Virus record (IMG/VR): IMGVR_UViG_3300032268_000832
Coordinates: 242,464-306,463 of that record
Reading direction: 5' to 3' (one strand)
Length of the DNA: 64,000 nt
The notes beneath the pieces were generated by a model that did no database searches, was not told the DNA's origin, and saw only the letters and a program-made list of their open reading frames with translations. This document shows, in pieces, positions 46,409 through 57,461 of the stretch (its first letter is position 1; every line of letters starts with the position of its first letter). The position numbers were made by a program, and so were the translations under genes.

Positions 46409-46452
46409 TATTTTTATTGTTATTGTGATATTTATATATAAATGTAAAGAAC

Positions 46453-46908
46453 ATGAGCAAAAAATTTATACAACAATTAGTTAGAGAAGACTTGCTGTCT
46501 AGAATACGTGAAGCTGGTAAAAATAGTGGTGAAAAATCAGAACCATCAGGCAAAAAAGACTCTGAAAATGAATACCCAAAAGACACGTCTAAAGTAGATA
46601 AACCTGCTGAAGATAAAGATTTTGAGGATTTGAATGCTGGTGAAAAGAAAAAAGTTAGAACACTTACATCTAAGATTAAAAATTCAACGCAAGGTTCAAA
46701 TAGAATTCTAAAGTTATCACAAGTAATGGATGCTTCTGGTGCCATGTGTGGTGACCATAAGTGTAACGCTGATAGCGCTTCTGATAGGTCTATTACCGCT
46801 AAAGAAATATCTGGTAAACCAGATGCTGATGGTAAAGTCAGACACCCTAAGTTAAGTAAAGTAACAGCGATGGGTAAAGTAGTTGATAACCCACAAGCAT
46901 ATAACTAA
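46453..46908 (+). CDS. hypothetical protein
   Basis: preceded by TATTTATA; followed by a terminator at about 46915-46938. Confidence 0.75.
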   Translation: MSKKFIQQLVREDLLSRIREAGKNSGEKSEPSGKKDSENEYPKDTSKVDKPAEDKDFEDLNAGEKKKVRTLTSKIKNSTQGSNRILKLSQVMDASGAMCGDHKCNADSASDRSITAKEISGKPDADGKVRHPKLSKVTAMGKVVDNPQAYN

Positions 46909-47022
46909 AAATTAAACCCCGAATTATCGGGGTTTTTTATTTTTATTAAAAAAAAGTTTAAAAATATTTGGTAGTTTAAAAATAAGTAGTATCTTTGTCT
47001 CAATAATTTAAAATTATTAATA

Positions 47023-47658
47023 ATGACTTACACATTTGAAAAAGTAGCTGATTTAGAATACGATGAATTAACATCGTTATATCTTATTGAAACTGACGAA
47101 TTGTTAAATGAACTATTCGTTGAAAAAATAAAAACACCTTTTAATCTTTTATATAAATTTATTAAAGATGGTGATGAATTGTTAAGTACTGAAACAAAAG
47201 ATTATATCTTTGAACTTTTTGACAAAATCATTTCTACTCGTTCAAATTTAGCTGAAAGATATCAACATCTTCAAACAACAGATTATGTTAACCAAAAATT
47301 AATAAATAAAGGTGTAATTGAAAACCTAGAAGCAACACCAGTTGTAATACCAGTTGTTGAAAAAGAACCAACAAACGTGGCGGTTAAACCTAAAAAAGAA
47401 AAAGAACTACCTAGACGATACGGTAAGGATAAAATACAAAAAGACATCAAAGAACAAGGTACACCAGCAACACCGCTGCAACGTGCTATGATTGATTTGA
47501 ATGACGTAAGAAACTTATACGTTAAATTGTCTGATAGAGGTATCAAAGATTTGTTAGGTGGTGGACAAAACTTCACAGAAGAAGATTGTCGTAAAATCAC
47601 TTCAATCGTAAAAACATTCAAACAACAAGCGGAAGCTATAATCAATAAAAAGAAATAA
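47023..47658 (+). CDS. hypothetical protein
   Basis: ORF after promoter. Confidence 0.8.
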   Translation: MTYTFEKVADLEYDELTSLYLIETDELLNELFVEKIKTPFNLLYKFIKDGDELLSTETKDYIFELFDKIISTRSNLAERYQHLQTTDYVNQKLINKGVIENLEATPVVIPVVEKEPTNVAVKPKKEKELPRRYGKDKIQKDIKEQGTPATPLQRAMIDLNDVRNLYVKLSDRGIKDLLGGGQNFTEEDCRKITSIVKTFKQQAEAIINKKK

Positions 47659-48020
47659 TTATGAAATTTCAAAAATTCAGAAATTTTTGCTGGGGTATCG
47701 TTTTCGGTACATGCCTATCAGGAATCGTTCATCACAGAGAACACGTTATCATACCAACAATTGTTATGGTATTGGTCGGTGTAATGTTTATTATTAACTT
47801 AAAAGAAGAATAACAATGGAATTACTTTATGCGTTAATCGGAATGGCTTTGTGTTTATTTGCGGTTGGATTCATGTTACATGGATTCCCAAATATAACAA
47901 TCAATAAACATTATCACGAGTCAGAGAAAAAAAGAAAAAATAATCAATAAAAAATTTGTATGCTAATATTATTATGCGTATATTTGCTATCTAAATTAAA
48001 AACATTAAAATTTACAAAAC

Positions 48021-48590
48021 ATGGAAAACAATTTCAGTAACACTACATTAATCAAATTCGGTCTAATCGGTTTAGCCGTAATCATGTTCTTCGTATTTAT
48101 TGGGAACTTTATTTCGTTTTCGAATAACGAAATCGATTTGCGAAATACCTTTGAACAAAAAATGGATGAAAGAACTTCATTCTATGATAAAATGTTCAAA
48201 GTAATTTCACAGAAAACACAAATTGCTGTGAAGAACGATGAATCATTTCGTAAGAACATTAACATCATCATGGAAGGTCGTAAAGACTCTGAGGGTGTGT
48301 TTATGAAATGGATAACAGAATCTAACCCAAATGCAAATTATTCGGAAGTGAGTGTTTTGTATAAAGATTTATCAAGAGCAGTTGACGCGCAACGTGAAGG
48401 GTTTTTTAATGAAGAAAAAGTTTTACAAGATGTTGTTAGACAACACAAGAACTTGATTCAGAAGTTTCCAAACTCGTTCTACAATATGTTCTATGGACGT
48501 ACTAAATTGGAATACACCCCAATCAAATCTTCTTTAACCGAAGAAGTTATGCGAACTGGAAAAGATGATAACGTAAAACTTGACCTGTAA
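48021..48590 (+). CDS. LemA-like membrane-anchored protein
   Basis: N-terminal TM, helical body, C-terminal KFPNSF. Confidence 0.65.
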   Translation: MENNFSNTTLIKFGLIGLAVIMFFVFIGNFISFSNNEIDLRNTFEQKMDERTSFYDKMFKVISQKTQIAVKNDESFRKNINIIMEGRKDSEGVFMKWITESNPNANYSEVSVLYKDLSRAVDAQREGFFNEEKVLQDVVRQHKNLIQKFPNSFYNMFYGRTKLEYTPIKSSLTEEVMRTGKDDNVKLDL

Positions 48591-49750
48591 TGATTTGGTA
48601 CGCATTAATTATACCCATTCTAGCCGCTGTGATAGGATGGGTATTGTTTAAAAACAAAATAGTTTGGTGGGAAATTCTTATCCCAGTTGCTGGTAGTGCA
48701 TTGTTTATATTAATATCTTATTATACAATGAAATCAGTAACTTTAGATGATGTTGAATACAACAGTTATATAGTGACTGAAGCCAAGCATTATGAAGCTT
48801 GGGAAACGTGGAAGAAAAAAACGTGTAGTAGAACTTATAGTACTGGTAGCGGTAAACATAGAAGAAGTCATACTGTTTACTATGATTGTTCTCATTGTGA
48901 TTACAATTCAGAGTATTATGTTATGGTTGATTCTGATGGCAACGAAATTAGAATTAGTCGAGAAAAATACTTGTCATTAATTAAATTATGGAAAGCCAAC
49001 CCTAAGTTTGTTGAATTGAATCGTGACATTAATTACCGTGGCAGTTGTGGTAAAGATGGTGACATGTATCGAATAGTTTGGAATCGTGATATAAACACTT
49101 CTATAACAACAACACACACTAAACATTTTACAAACATATTAAAGTGTAATCACTCAGCGTTTAACTATCCAACTATTGAACAAGATAAAGCTAGAACCAC
49201 TGGTTTATATGAATATCCAGATATTGTGAGTTACGACTATCAAACAAGTGTTTTAGGTATTAATGAACTTAATTCAAATCACAAAAAAAAGATAGTTAAG
49301 ACTCTAGATTATATAAACGGTGCTTATGGACATAAGCATAAAATAAAAATATTTACCTTATTTTATAAAAACCGAGATATTGATATTGCTTTTCAACAAG
49401 AAGCATATTGGGATGGTGGGAATCAAAATGAAATGATTGTTTGTATAGGTTTGGATAATCTAGGAAACATCGAATGGGTTAAACCATTCTCATGGTGTGA
49501 TAATAAACGTGTTCTAGTCGACATTCGTGAGGATTTGATGGAAGCACCAGTAAAAGACGAAAAAGCCTTTTATAACGCTTATATGAACGCCGTTAAAACA
49601 CATTGGCATTACAAATCATTCAAAGATTTTAATTATTTATCTTTCGAACCAACATCTGGACAATTATGGTTTGTTTATATACTAACAATCATAATTTCAA
49701 TAGGTTGTGTTTGGTGGGCAGTTGTTAATGAAGAAAATCCTGAGAACTAA
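48590..49750 (+). CDS. membrane protein with large extracytoplasmic domain
   Basis: two N-terminal TM and one C-terminal TM; QEAYWDGGNQNE; coupled to the LemA-like gene. Confidence 0.75.
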   Translation: MIWYALIIPILAAVIGWVLFKNKIVWWEILIPVAGSALFILISYYTMKSVTLDDVEYNSYIVTEAKHYEAWETWKKKTCSRTYSTGSGKHRRSHTVYYDCSHCDYNSEYYVMVDSDGNEIRISREKYLSLIKLWKANPKFVELNRDINYRGSCGKDGDMYRIVWNRDINTSITTTHTKHFTNILKCNHSAFNYPTIEQDKARTTGLYEYPDIVSYDYQTSVLGINELNSNHKKKIVKTLDYINGAYGHKHKIKIFTLFYKNRDIDIAFQQEAYWDGGNQNEMIVCIGLDNLGNIEWVKPFSWCDNKRVLVDIREDLMEAPVKDEKAFYNAYMNAVKTHWHYKSFKDFNYLSFEPTSGQLWFVYILTIIISIGCVWWAVVNEENPEN

Positions 49751-49832
49751 TTAAAATTAGTTCTCAATTTTTTTATAAAAAAATTTGGTAGATTAAAAAT
49801 AAGTTGTATATTTGCATCAAAATAATGATATT

Positions 49833-50138
49833 ATGAACGGTATAAACACAAAAATATTCACAATTGATGAATTAAAAGGTAAAAAATATGCTGACTTAGT
49901 TAATAGTTTAGCTGATATGATTGAATTAGTTGATGATATTGAAAATGAAATTGACACTATTCAAATTTTAGAAGAAGAAGATGGTTATTTAGAACCAGAA
50001 TTAGAGTATGAATTAAACATCATTACAACTCAATTAGATTATATGTTGAAAAACATTTCAACAATAAAAAAAGTGTTAAACATGATTGAAATGAAATCAT
50101 TTTTCGTGGTTAATAATTTCAACATTTGCTTAAATTAA
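49833..50138 (+). CDS. acidic hypothetical protein
   Basis: ORF after promoter. Confidence 0.65.
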   Translation: MNGINTKIFTIDELKGKKYADLVNSLADMIELVDDIENEIDTIQILEEEDGYLEPELEYELNIITTQLDYMLKNISTIKKVLNMIEMKSFFVVNNFNICLN

Positions 50139-50142
50139 AAAC

Positions 50143-50469
50143 ATGAAAGATAGTATTAAAAAATTAGAAGAGGAAAAACAAAAATTGGTTGAAAACCAAA
50201 CGCAAATTTGGCGAGCTTTAGGAAGTTTAGAACGATTTTACGATAAGAAAGAAACTCCAACATGCGCCCAAGAAACCATAGATTTGTTACGTTATCAATA
50301 TGAGGATGTTACTAACCAAATTAAAGGATTCACCAAAGCCATAGAAGGTTTTCAAGGTGTTTGTACACACAAAAACGATGATGGTTCTAAAGCGATGATT
50401 TATGATAGTCATGATAGTCATAAAACATATTACAAGTGTACCATTTGTGGTTACAAAAACGATTATTAA
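50143..50469 (+). CDS. coiled-coil protein with C-terminal zinc-finger-like motif
   Basis: CTH...YKCTICG. Confidence 0.7.
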   Translation: MKDSIKKLEEEKQKLVENQTQIWRALGSLERFYDKKETPTCAQETIDLLRYQYEDVTNQIKGFTKAIEGFQGVCTHKNDDGSKAMIYDSHDSHKTYYKCTICGYKNDY

Positions 50470-50471
50470 AA

Positions 50472-50729
50472 ATGGATTTAGAAGATAAAATACAAGATTT
50501 AGAAGGTGATATCGTTGATTTAAAATTTGATTTAAAACAATCTAAGGATAAAGAAATTATATACAAAGACATCTTGTTTAATATCGAAACATCATTAAAT
50601 GATTTGATTAAACGTGACCAAGAAAATGAAAGATTTAATTTAGGTGAAACAATTGATTATAAAGAATCAATAATTAACTTAAAAAAATCCTTAGATGAAT
50701 ACAAACGAGTTTATAAATTAAGATTTTAA
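50472..50729 (+). CDS. hypothetical coiled-coil protein
   Basis: ORF track. Confidence 0.7.
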   Translation: MDLEDKIQDLEGDIVDLKFDLKQSKDKEIIYKDILFNIETSLNDLIKRDQENERFNLGETIDYKESIINLKKSLDEYKRVYKLRF

Positions 50730-50734
50730 AAAAA

Positions 50735-51205
50735 ATGAATATATTTGTACTAGACACTGATACAAAAAAGTGTGCTTTATATCACAATGATAAGCATGTA
50801 ATCAAAATGATTCTTGAAACAGCACAATTATTATGTGGTGTTCACCATATGACAGAATCAACACATACGGTTCCATATAAATTATCACATAAGAATCACC
50901 CTAGTGCAATATGGGCTAGACAATGTCTAGAGAACTATATTTGGCTTTGTGATTTGGGTCTGGAGTTATGTAAAGAATACACTTTTAGATATGGTAAAAC
51001 TCATAAGAGTCAAGCTGTAATAGAATGGTGTTTAACACATAAACCTAAATTAATAGTTAATGACGATTTAACACCATTTGCTTTGGCTATGCCAGACGAA
51101 TGTAAAGTTGATGACGCTATACAAAGCTATCGTAATTATTACATGACAGAGAAGCGCAGAATGGCAAATTGGAAAAATAGAGAAATACCTGAATGGTTTA
51201 AATAA
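50735..51205 (+). CDS. pyrimidine-dimer DNA glycosylase/DenV-like family protein
   Basis: MNIFVLD, DKHVIKMILETAQLL, HKNHPSAIW, EYTFRYGKTH, SYRNYY. Confidence 0.8.
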   Translation: MNIFVLDTDTKKCALYHNDKHVIKMILETAQLLCGVHHMTESTHTVPYKLSHKNHPSAIWARQCLENYIWLCDLGLELCKEYTFRYGKTHKSQAVIEWCLTHKPKLIVNDDLTPFALAMPDECKVDDAIQSYRNYYMTEKRRMANWKNREIPEWFK

Positions 51206-51212
51206 AATAGAT

Positions 51213-51422
51213 ATGACAATAACTGAATTATTAATAGGTATCCTATGGGTTATCATAGGGTTTTGGGTGGCTTACAAACGTAAATGGTATATAAAACAAA
51301 AAAATGACCCAGATTTGCCGCAAGAATTGGCTATATTTTTAGCGGTTGTTTTGGCACCATTATTTTTGATTGGTGCGTTTGTTAGAGAAATGTTAATAGA
51401 CGATTGGAATAATAATAAATAA
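51213..51422 (+). CDS. small membrane protein
   Basis: two TM segments. Confidence 0.65.
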   Translation: MTITELLIGILWVIIGFWVAYKRKWYIKQKNDPDLPQELAIFLAVVLAPLFLIGAFVREMLIDDWNNNK

Positions 51423-51427
51423 ATAAT

Positions 51428-52645
51428 ATGAACGAAATTTTTAGTAACACCATATTAAAGGGTGGGTTAGTTTTATCAATAGTTGCTGGGTTAGGCATGT
51501 GGTTTAAGAGTTTATTACCAGTTCTTTGGAATATAATTTTGCGTAATATCAGTTATAATATTACTGTTGAAAGTAAAACAATGCTTTACTTTGTATTGAA
51601 CGATTGGTTATCAGAAAACCATAAAGACAAATTTAAAAATGTTTTAGGTAAATCAGTATATAAAACTGATTCCAAATTAGAATTCCAACAAAGCAATTTC
51701 AACACATTGTTTTGGATTTGGTATGATAACCGACCAGTTTTAATAACAACCTCCAGAGAAAAGTTTGAAGCAAATTATGGTGGTGGTGAAGGTTCACATA
51801 TTGATAGTTATAATTTAAGAATTTTCTTTTCAAAAGGCAAATTGAAAAAATTGTTTGATGAATTAGTGACTGAATATAATTCTAAATTAGATAACAATGT
51901 TTCATTGTATACATATAAATTAAACCATGAAAATTGGATTAAGGTTGAGGAATTAAAATCTAAGTCTTACGATAAAATATATAATGACGAGAAAATAGAA
52001 TTATATGATGATTTAAATTATTTTTTTAATAATAAAACCTTTTATGAAGAAAGAGGTATCCCTTATAAAAGAGGTTATATGTTGTATGGCGCGCCAGGTA
52101 ATGGAAAAACATCTACAATATTAGCGTTGGCAAAAAAACTTAAAAGAAACGTTTATAATTTAAATATATCTTCATTTATGGCAGATGACCAATTAATAAC
52201 AGCTTTCAGAAAATTACCAAGCAATTCATTCTTATTAATAGAAGATGTTGATGCTTCAACAGAAGGTAGAGATATTGCAAATAAATTAAGTTTTAACACT
52301 TTTTTGAATATATTAGATGGTGTATTGTCAAAAGAAAATATCTGTGTGTTCTTTACAACAAATCACATAGAAAAATTAGATGAAGCTTTTTTAAGGTGTG
52401 GTAGAATAGATAAAAAAATAAAATTTGAACATCCAACATATGAAAATGTTGTAGGTTTGTTAAAATTATTTTATTCAACCGAGGAAATTCCAGAGTTTAA
52501 CTATGAAAGAAAATTCTCAGCATCTGATTTACAAGAAATTTTCATCTCAACCGAAAAATTAGAAAACGCAATAAATAAAATTAAACATGGAAAAAATAAA
52601 GGGTCAGTACATTTTCGACAAAGCTTCTTGGAAAGTACGTTATAA
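51428..52645 (+). CDS. BCS1-like AAA ATPase
   Basis: N-terminal TM, FYEERGIPYKRGYMLYGAPGNGKTS, IEDVD, LNILDG, TTNH. Confidence 0.88.
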   Translation: MNEIFSNTILKGGLVLSIVAGLGMWFKSLLPVLWNIILRNISYNITVESKTMLYFVLNDWLSENHKDKFKNVLGKSVYKTDSKLEFQQSNFNTLFWIWYDNRPVLITTSREKFEANYGGGEGSHIDSYNLRIFFSKGKLKKLFDELVTEYNSKLDNNVSLYTYKLNHENWIKVEELKSKSYDKIYNDEKIELYDDLNYFFNNKTFYEERGIPYKRGYMLYGAPGNGKTSTILALAKKLKRNVYNLNISSFMADDQLITAFRKLPSNSFLLIEDVDASTEGRDIANKLSFNTFLNILDGVLSKENICVFFTTNHIEKLDEAFLRCGRIDKKIKFEHPTYENVVGLLKLFYSTEEIPEFNYERKFSASDLQEIFISTEKLENAINKIKHGKNKGSVHFRQSFLESTL

Positions 52646-53126
52646 AATAGAAGATGGTGATGAGCAACACTATGAACAAGTGATGTTACATCCAAACAAT
52701 GTTCAACACGCTAAAGAAAACAAAACTGATTGGTTCGTTATCAGGGACTCACCTAACTTATATAACGGTGGTTCATGGGAGCCAATGGCAATTGTTGTGC
52801 CTAGCGACAAGATTGAAGATGTGGCTGAACAAATTAAAGGAAAAGAATTATTCAAGAGACTTAATGAACATGCTATGTCAGTTCTAACAGAAGTTGATGG
52901 TATTCCAGAACCTAAGCCAAAGGATGATGTCGTTTCATCTTTCAATAAATGGCAAAGAAAAGATATAAAACGATTAAAAAAATTAAATATGAATGAAAAT
53001 AAAACATTTTGGAATTGGAGTAAAATCATCGATATAATTTTACTTTTTGGTATTATATTTCTAGCAGCTTTAGATAAAGAGGGTTGGGGTTGGTTATTGT
53101 TTGCGTATATTGTTAAAAACTTTTAA
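52587..53126 (+). CDS. hypothetical protein with C-terminal TM
   Basis: ORF track. Confidence 0.65.
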   Translation: MEKIKGQYIFDKASWKVRYKIEDGDEQHYEQVMLHPNNVQHAKENKTDWFVIRDSPNLYNGGSWEPMAIVVPSDKIEDVAEQIKGKELFKRLNEHAMSVLTEVDGIPEPKPKDDVVSSFNKWQRKDIKRLKKLNMNENKTFWNWSKIIDIILLFGIIFLAALDKEGWGWLLFAYIVKNF

Positions 53127-53218
53127 AATATGAAAAATTTAGAACTTAGACTTGTTTTGATTCATGATGTTATTCTTGGGTCTTCTTACGAACTACGTTA
53201 CGTAGAAATCGACTAATT

Positions 53219-53602
53219 ATGAAAAAAACATTTTACAGAGTGTGTCATAAAGACACCTTGCAAGGACTTTGGTACGATTACACAGGAAACTTTACTGGAC
53301 TTATCCATGAGGATTTCAATTTCTGTGCCAACAATGAATTACGTATGGATTTCGACCCAGAGATTGTGGGTTGGTTATCCGCAACTGAAACACTTGAAGA
53401 CTTATGGCGTTGGTTTACGCAAGAGGACATTCAAAAACTACAAGACCACGGATGGTTTATCCATGAGTTTGAAGCAGTCGACTATAGATTGTATGAGCGT
53501 TTTCAACACATTGTTATCAAACAAGATACATCTGTTGTCACAAAACTAATAACACTTAACGATATGAATAGTGTTAATTTTAAATTAGAAATGACAAAAT
53601 AA
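53219..53602 (+). CDS. hypothetical protein
   Basis: ORF track. Confidence 0.75.
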   Translation: MKKTFYRVCHKDTLQGLWYDYTGNFTGLIHEDFNFCANNELRMDFDPEIVGWLSATETLEDLWRWFTQEDIQKLQDHGWFIHEFEAVDYRLYERFQHIVIKQDTSVVTKLITLNDMNSVNFKLEMTK

Positions 53603-53605
53603 AAT

Positions 53606-53899
53606 ATGGACTTAAAAGAAAAATTTGCACAGAAAATGCTAGATGAGAAATTAGATTTCTTACCTCTAGAAGAATCATTACAGCTTATTGAAGCTGGTGT
53701 TCAACTGAAAACTAAATTTAGTTGGGTTTGTAGTATTGAAGAAATCGGTGAGGATTTTGACACAAGAAGACAGTTCGCTGAAGCCGCTTTGGATTTTTAT
53801 GGTGAATATGGTATCGAAGTAGGTAATGGGTATGACCACCATGAAGAATTTACCTACAACATTTGCCCAGCACCAACGTATATTGACCTAATAAAATAA
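53606..53899 (+). CDS. hypothetical protein
   Basis: ORF track. Confidence 0.7.
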   Translation: MDLKEKFAQKMLDEKLDFLPLEESLQLIEAGVQLKTKFSWVCSIEEIGEDFDTRRQFAEAALDFYGEYGIEVGNGYDHHEEFTYNICPAPTYIDLIK

Positions 53900-53903
53900 A
53901 ACA

Positions 53904-54119
53904 ATGAGCAAAATTTTAGAAATCAGAGAAAAAGTACCTCAAACGGCAAAGTTGCCAGATGGTTCCTATTTTGGGACATGGGGTGGTTATGTAATTGAAT
54001 TACAGTACAATGGTAAAACTTACGAACTAACAACCCAAGAAGGTGTTAGAGGTATTGGTTTTAAAGTAGTTGTAACTATCAAAGATGGTGTGGCAACATT
54101 TAACGAACTTAAAAACTAA
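53904..54119 (+). CDS. hypothetical protein
   Basis: ORF track. Confidence 0.7.
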   Translation: MSKILEIREKVPQTAKLPDGSYFGTWGGYVIELQYNGKTYELTTQEGVRGIGFKVVVTIKDGVATFNELKN

Positions 54120-54124
54120 AACAT

Positions 54125-54331
54125 ATGTCAACAAGAGTAGTTTGGACACAAGAAAAGAAAGATAAAGCAATTGAAAAACTCACTGAGTATTTCCAAAAAT
54201 ATGGTATTGGTGAAATGATTCATCAAAACGATGATGCTCTTATCGAAGCACCAGAATATCTGGGCGACATAGCAGACGATATATTAATTTACCGTGAAGG
54301 TATAATCTTTGAAGACGATGACGACATTTAA
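54125..54331 (+). CDS. hypothetical protein
   Basis: ORF track. Confidence 0.7.
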   Translation: MSTRVVWTQEKKDKAIEKLTEYFQKYGIGEMIHQNDDALIEAPEYLGDIADDILIYREGIIFEDDDDI

Positions 54332-54746
54332 TGATGTGTTAGACCGATTAAAAAAAGAAAATTTTAGATTTTCTTTTGATGGTGATTCAACAATTGAAGT
54401 GTTTTTAGGGTTGTTATCAGTATCAGCATTTTTTGAATTTGATGATGAAAATATTGATAGACCAATAGCTGTTCAATTTTCTTTAGTTGTTGGTGATAAT
54501 CACTACGAAACGTTAGAAAATGAATTTTATGATGAGTATGATTCTGAAACCAAACAGTTTAATGATTTGAACTTAGATACAATTATAAGCAAATTAACAG
54601 AAATGATAGAAAATTCAATACCAGTTAATAAGGCTTTGATAAGAATTTCAAAACACGTTGATGATATAGTATCAGAAATTGAAGAACATGAAATCCCAGA
54701 AAATGTGGTTGTTGAAATGATAACAAAAAAAATAGATTTTTATTAA
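54318..54746 (+). CDS. acidic hypothetical protein
   Basis: ORF track. Confidence 0.7.
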   Translation: MTTFNDVLDRLKKENFRFSFDGDSTIEVFLGLLSVSAFFEFDDENIDRPIAVQFSLVVGDNHYETLENEFYDEYDSETKQFNDLNLDTIISKLTEMIENSIPVNKALIRISKHVDDIVSEIEEHEIPENVVVEMITKKIDFY

Positions 54747-54748
54747 AC

Positions 54749-54964
54749 ATGGAAGATAAATTAATTAGAATATTTACAAGTTTATTTTTTCTAGCTTGTA
54801 TTATATTTAGCGTTTGTTTACTAATTGAAATATATGTGTTTGTTACTCAAGGTATTGCTTGGGTACCCTTATATTATTTCTTATTTATTGTACCAACACC
54901 ACTTATAGGTTATGTTATGATGTTAATAGGTGAATATTTCGATAATAAAAAATACAAAAAATGA
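54749..54964 (+). CDS. small membrane protein
   Basis: two TM segments. Confidence 0.65.
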   Translation: MEDKLIRIFTSLFFLACIIFSVCLLIEIYVFVTQGIAWVPLYYFLFIVPTPLIGYVMMLIGEYFDNKKYKK

Positions 54965-55518
54965 GAACAGAAGTTTATAATAAAGGTGTTGAATCAACTG
55001 AGAGTTGTTTAACCTTAATTGACCCGTTTAAACAACACAATTTTAAACGCAAGAATAAATTTAACATCAATATTAATCACGACCAATATGTTGTTAGAGT
55101 ATTCCACGATGATAAATCAGATAAAACGTATTCAATCGTAACTGATGGGCGTGAAACAAAGGTAATGGAAACTAACCTTTACAATTTTCGAAATACCATA
55201 AAAGAAATTCAAGCTGTTGCTAGTAAAGTATATACTCACGATTACGGCGAAGTCTGGCTTAACCCATGGGAAATGAAAATCTGGGTTAGTGGTGGTGATG
55301 GTGGTATCGTTAGATGGGATGAATCACCAGCAAAGTTAGCTAGAATTATTGAAGAAGAAGGTTTTGACTTCGATGATGAGTTAGGTTTCGCTAACATTGA
55401 AGGTGTAAAAGAAGAAATAATTGAAGCTGAATGTTCACCAACTTCGGGTGATGAAGATGATGCTAATGATTATTTATTGGTTGCCTTGTGCAAGGACATA
55501 ACAAATTATATGGATTAA
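54961..55518 (+). CDS. hypothetical protein
   Basis: ORF track. Confidence 0.7.
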   Translation: MRTEVYNKGVESTESCLTLIDPFKQHNFKRKNKFNININHDQYVVRVFHDDKSDKTYSIVTDGRETKVMETNLYNFRNTIKEIQAVASKVYTHDYGEVWLNPWEMKIWVSGGDGGIVRWDESPAKLARIIEEEGFDFDDELGFANIEGVKEEIIEAECSPTSGDEDDANDYLLVALCKDITNYMD

Positions 55519-55577
55519 TAATTTGGATGTTAAATAAATTGTTAGTATATTTGTATAAATTTTAAAAAATAATAATT

Positions 55578-55886
55578 ATGAGCGAAAAACGCAATAAGGA
55601 AAAACGTCACCGTAAGGGTGACAGTAGTGGTAAAAAAAGACAAAAACCAACAGAACAAGAATTAAGAGATAAGCTTACCAAAGATATCAATAAACTTGTC
55701 GATGAAAACGAAAAATTGTCAGAACAAAAAGACAATTTAATCCAACTTATGGATTTTAATCATAACGCAACTCAATTTCATTTGAGCAAAGTTAAAGAAA
55801 TGACTGGGTCAATTGAAGAAGAAGATATTAACTACTGTCTGACTTTGTCTAAAAGAATCATAGACCATTATCTTAATAACCATTAA
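55578..55886 (+). CDS. hypothetical protein
   Basis: ORF after promoter. Confidence 0.7.
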   Translation: MSEKRNKEKRHRKGDSSGKKRQKPTEQELRDKLTKDINKLVDENEKLSEQKDNLIQLMDFNHNATQFHLSKVKEMTGSIEEEDINYCLTLSKRIIDHYLNNH

Positions 55887-55889
55887 GTT

Positions 55890-56174
55890 ATGCAAGAACT
55901 AGATGATACAGAACACTTAATGTCATCAGACAAAAACAAAGAACGCTTGCTCGATTCAATCGAGCAAGCTAACTCTGTTTCAGATGAAGAATTGTTAGGT
56001 TATTTCATGCAAGGTTTTGAAGATGAACTATATGGTCTAGATGAAAAAACTTATGATACGCCGCTTAAACAACGTGCATATAATTTAGGTAGGCTTGATG
56101 CGATTGCTGGTGATGATATGCCATCGCTTGATTACAAATCCAATCAAGATATTATTAACCAAATTAGAAAATAA
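55890..56174 (+). CDS. hypothetical protein
   Basis: ORF track. Confidence 0.7.
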   Translation: MQELDDTEHLMSSDKNKERLLDSIEQANSVSDEELLGYFMQGFEDELYGLDEKTYDTPLKQRAYNLGRLDAIAGDDMPSLDYKSNQDIINQIRK

Positions 56175-56684
56175 ATGAAAATTTTGTGTTACATATATTT
56201 AATGATTTCATTAACAACTAAGAATCCACAACATATTTTAATAGGTGATTCTCAGACTTATTTGTTAAAAAAACATTCCTCATTTGTAATACAAAAATCA
56301 AAATTGTGCCAATCTGGTATAGGTGTACAGCAGTTGATTTCTAAAGTTAGAAGGTTTCCAATACAATCAAATATCAAATCAGTAACAATATGTATTGGTG
56401 TTAATGATAGTTACATAGATAAAGGTATTAATCAGTTAATGTTACGAGTAAAGAAAACATTCCCTAACGCTTTTATCTACGTTATTAAGGGTTCATGGGG
56501 TTGGGGAAACGTTAGAAGATTAAATATCGATAAATTTAATAACTATTATAAAAAGTTTGAAGATTTAGGTGCATGTATCATCCAAACACCAATAGGTCAT
56601 GGTGACCCACACAAAAACAAAAAAGTATATAAAACAATAATGTCAGAATTAGAATGGAAAATTACTCAGGAACGACAAGAATAA
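56175..56684 (+). CDS. SGNH/GDSL-like hydrolase
   Basis: IGDSQ, GIG, IGVND, DPH. Confidence 0.65.
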   Translation: MKILCYIYLMISLTTKNPQHILIGDSQTYLLKKHSSFVIQKSKLCQSGIGVQQLISKVRRFPIQSNIKSVTICIGVNDSYIDKGINQLMLRVKKTFPNAFIYVIKGSWGWGNVRRLNIDKFNNYYKKFEDLGACIIQTPIGHGDPHKNKKVYKTIMSELEWKITQERQE

Positions 56685-56869
56685 GTAATCCTAAAACACT
56701 ACAAAGATGGATTGATTTGGGTTGGTTCGATGAAAACATTAAAGAAGGTTACACCTTTAATGTAGGTTGCGGCAGATTCAAATTAGAAGAAAAATGCACA
56801 TGTTCTCAATGTAGAACCAAAACAAGACCAGAACTGGTTGAAGTATTAACAATAAACAATCGATTATAA
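56654..56869 (+). CDS. small Cys-containing hypothetical protein
   Basis: CTCSQC. Confidence 0.6.
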   Translation: MENYSGTTRISNPKTLQRWIDLGWFDENIKEGYTFNVGCGRFKLEEKCTCSQCRTKTRPELVEVLTINNRL

Positions 56870-57426
56870 TGAAACAAATTGAAATCCTAGATAAAACATA
56901 TCTATATGAGGTTATACATCGCGAAAGTGATTACGCTAGCTGGTCAGGTACTTATTTCTACAAACCAACACCAATAATCAAAACAAGAAAAAAATACATA
57001 TTTTGGGGTCCAGAAGTAAGTCACTTAGAATATGAGGGTTTATTTAGTATGACCATTGATATTGAATCAGAGCGTTATACTAAAAAAGACATCACTCAAA
57101 GGATTCTTAACGAAATTGCTTTGTTAAATCGAAAAGAAGAAATTAAACGAGGTGAAATTATCGCAACACAAGAAGATGCAAAGATTTTTATTGAAAACAT
57201 AACAAATCCACCAGCACCCAATGATAAATTAAAAGAAGCTGGTGCAACCCATATTAAACAATATACAGATAAAGATATGACAAATTTTGTATCGTTCGTA
57301 GGTAAAAACTACATTAAAGCCAAAGGTTTTTACTACATGAAAGGTGACTTTGAAAAGAAACACAAACTATCCATTCATCAAATACTTGCAGAATTTAAGG
57401 AAAAAAATTTGGAAGTTAAAAAATAA
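56869..57426 (+). CDS. hypothetical protein
   Basis: ORF track. Confidence 0.7.
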   Translation: MKQIEILDKTYLYEVIHRESDYASWSGTYFYKPTPIIKTRKKYIFWGPEVSHLEYEGLFSMTIDIESERYTKKDITQRILNEIALLNRKEEIKRGEIIATQEDAKIFIENITNPPAPNDKLKEAGATHIKQYTDKDMTNFVSFVGKNYIKAKGFYYMKGDFEKKHKLSIHQILAEFKEKNLEVKK

Positions 57427-57461
57427 ATAGTATCTTTGTACAAAATAAAAATATAAACATC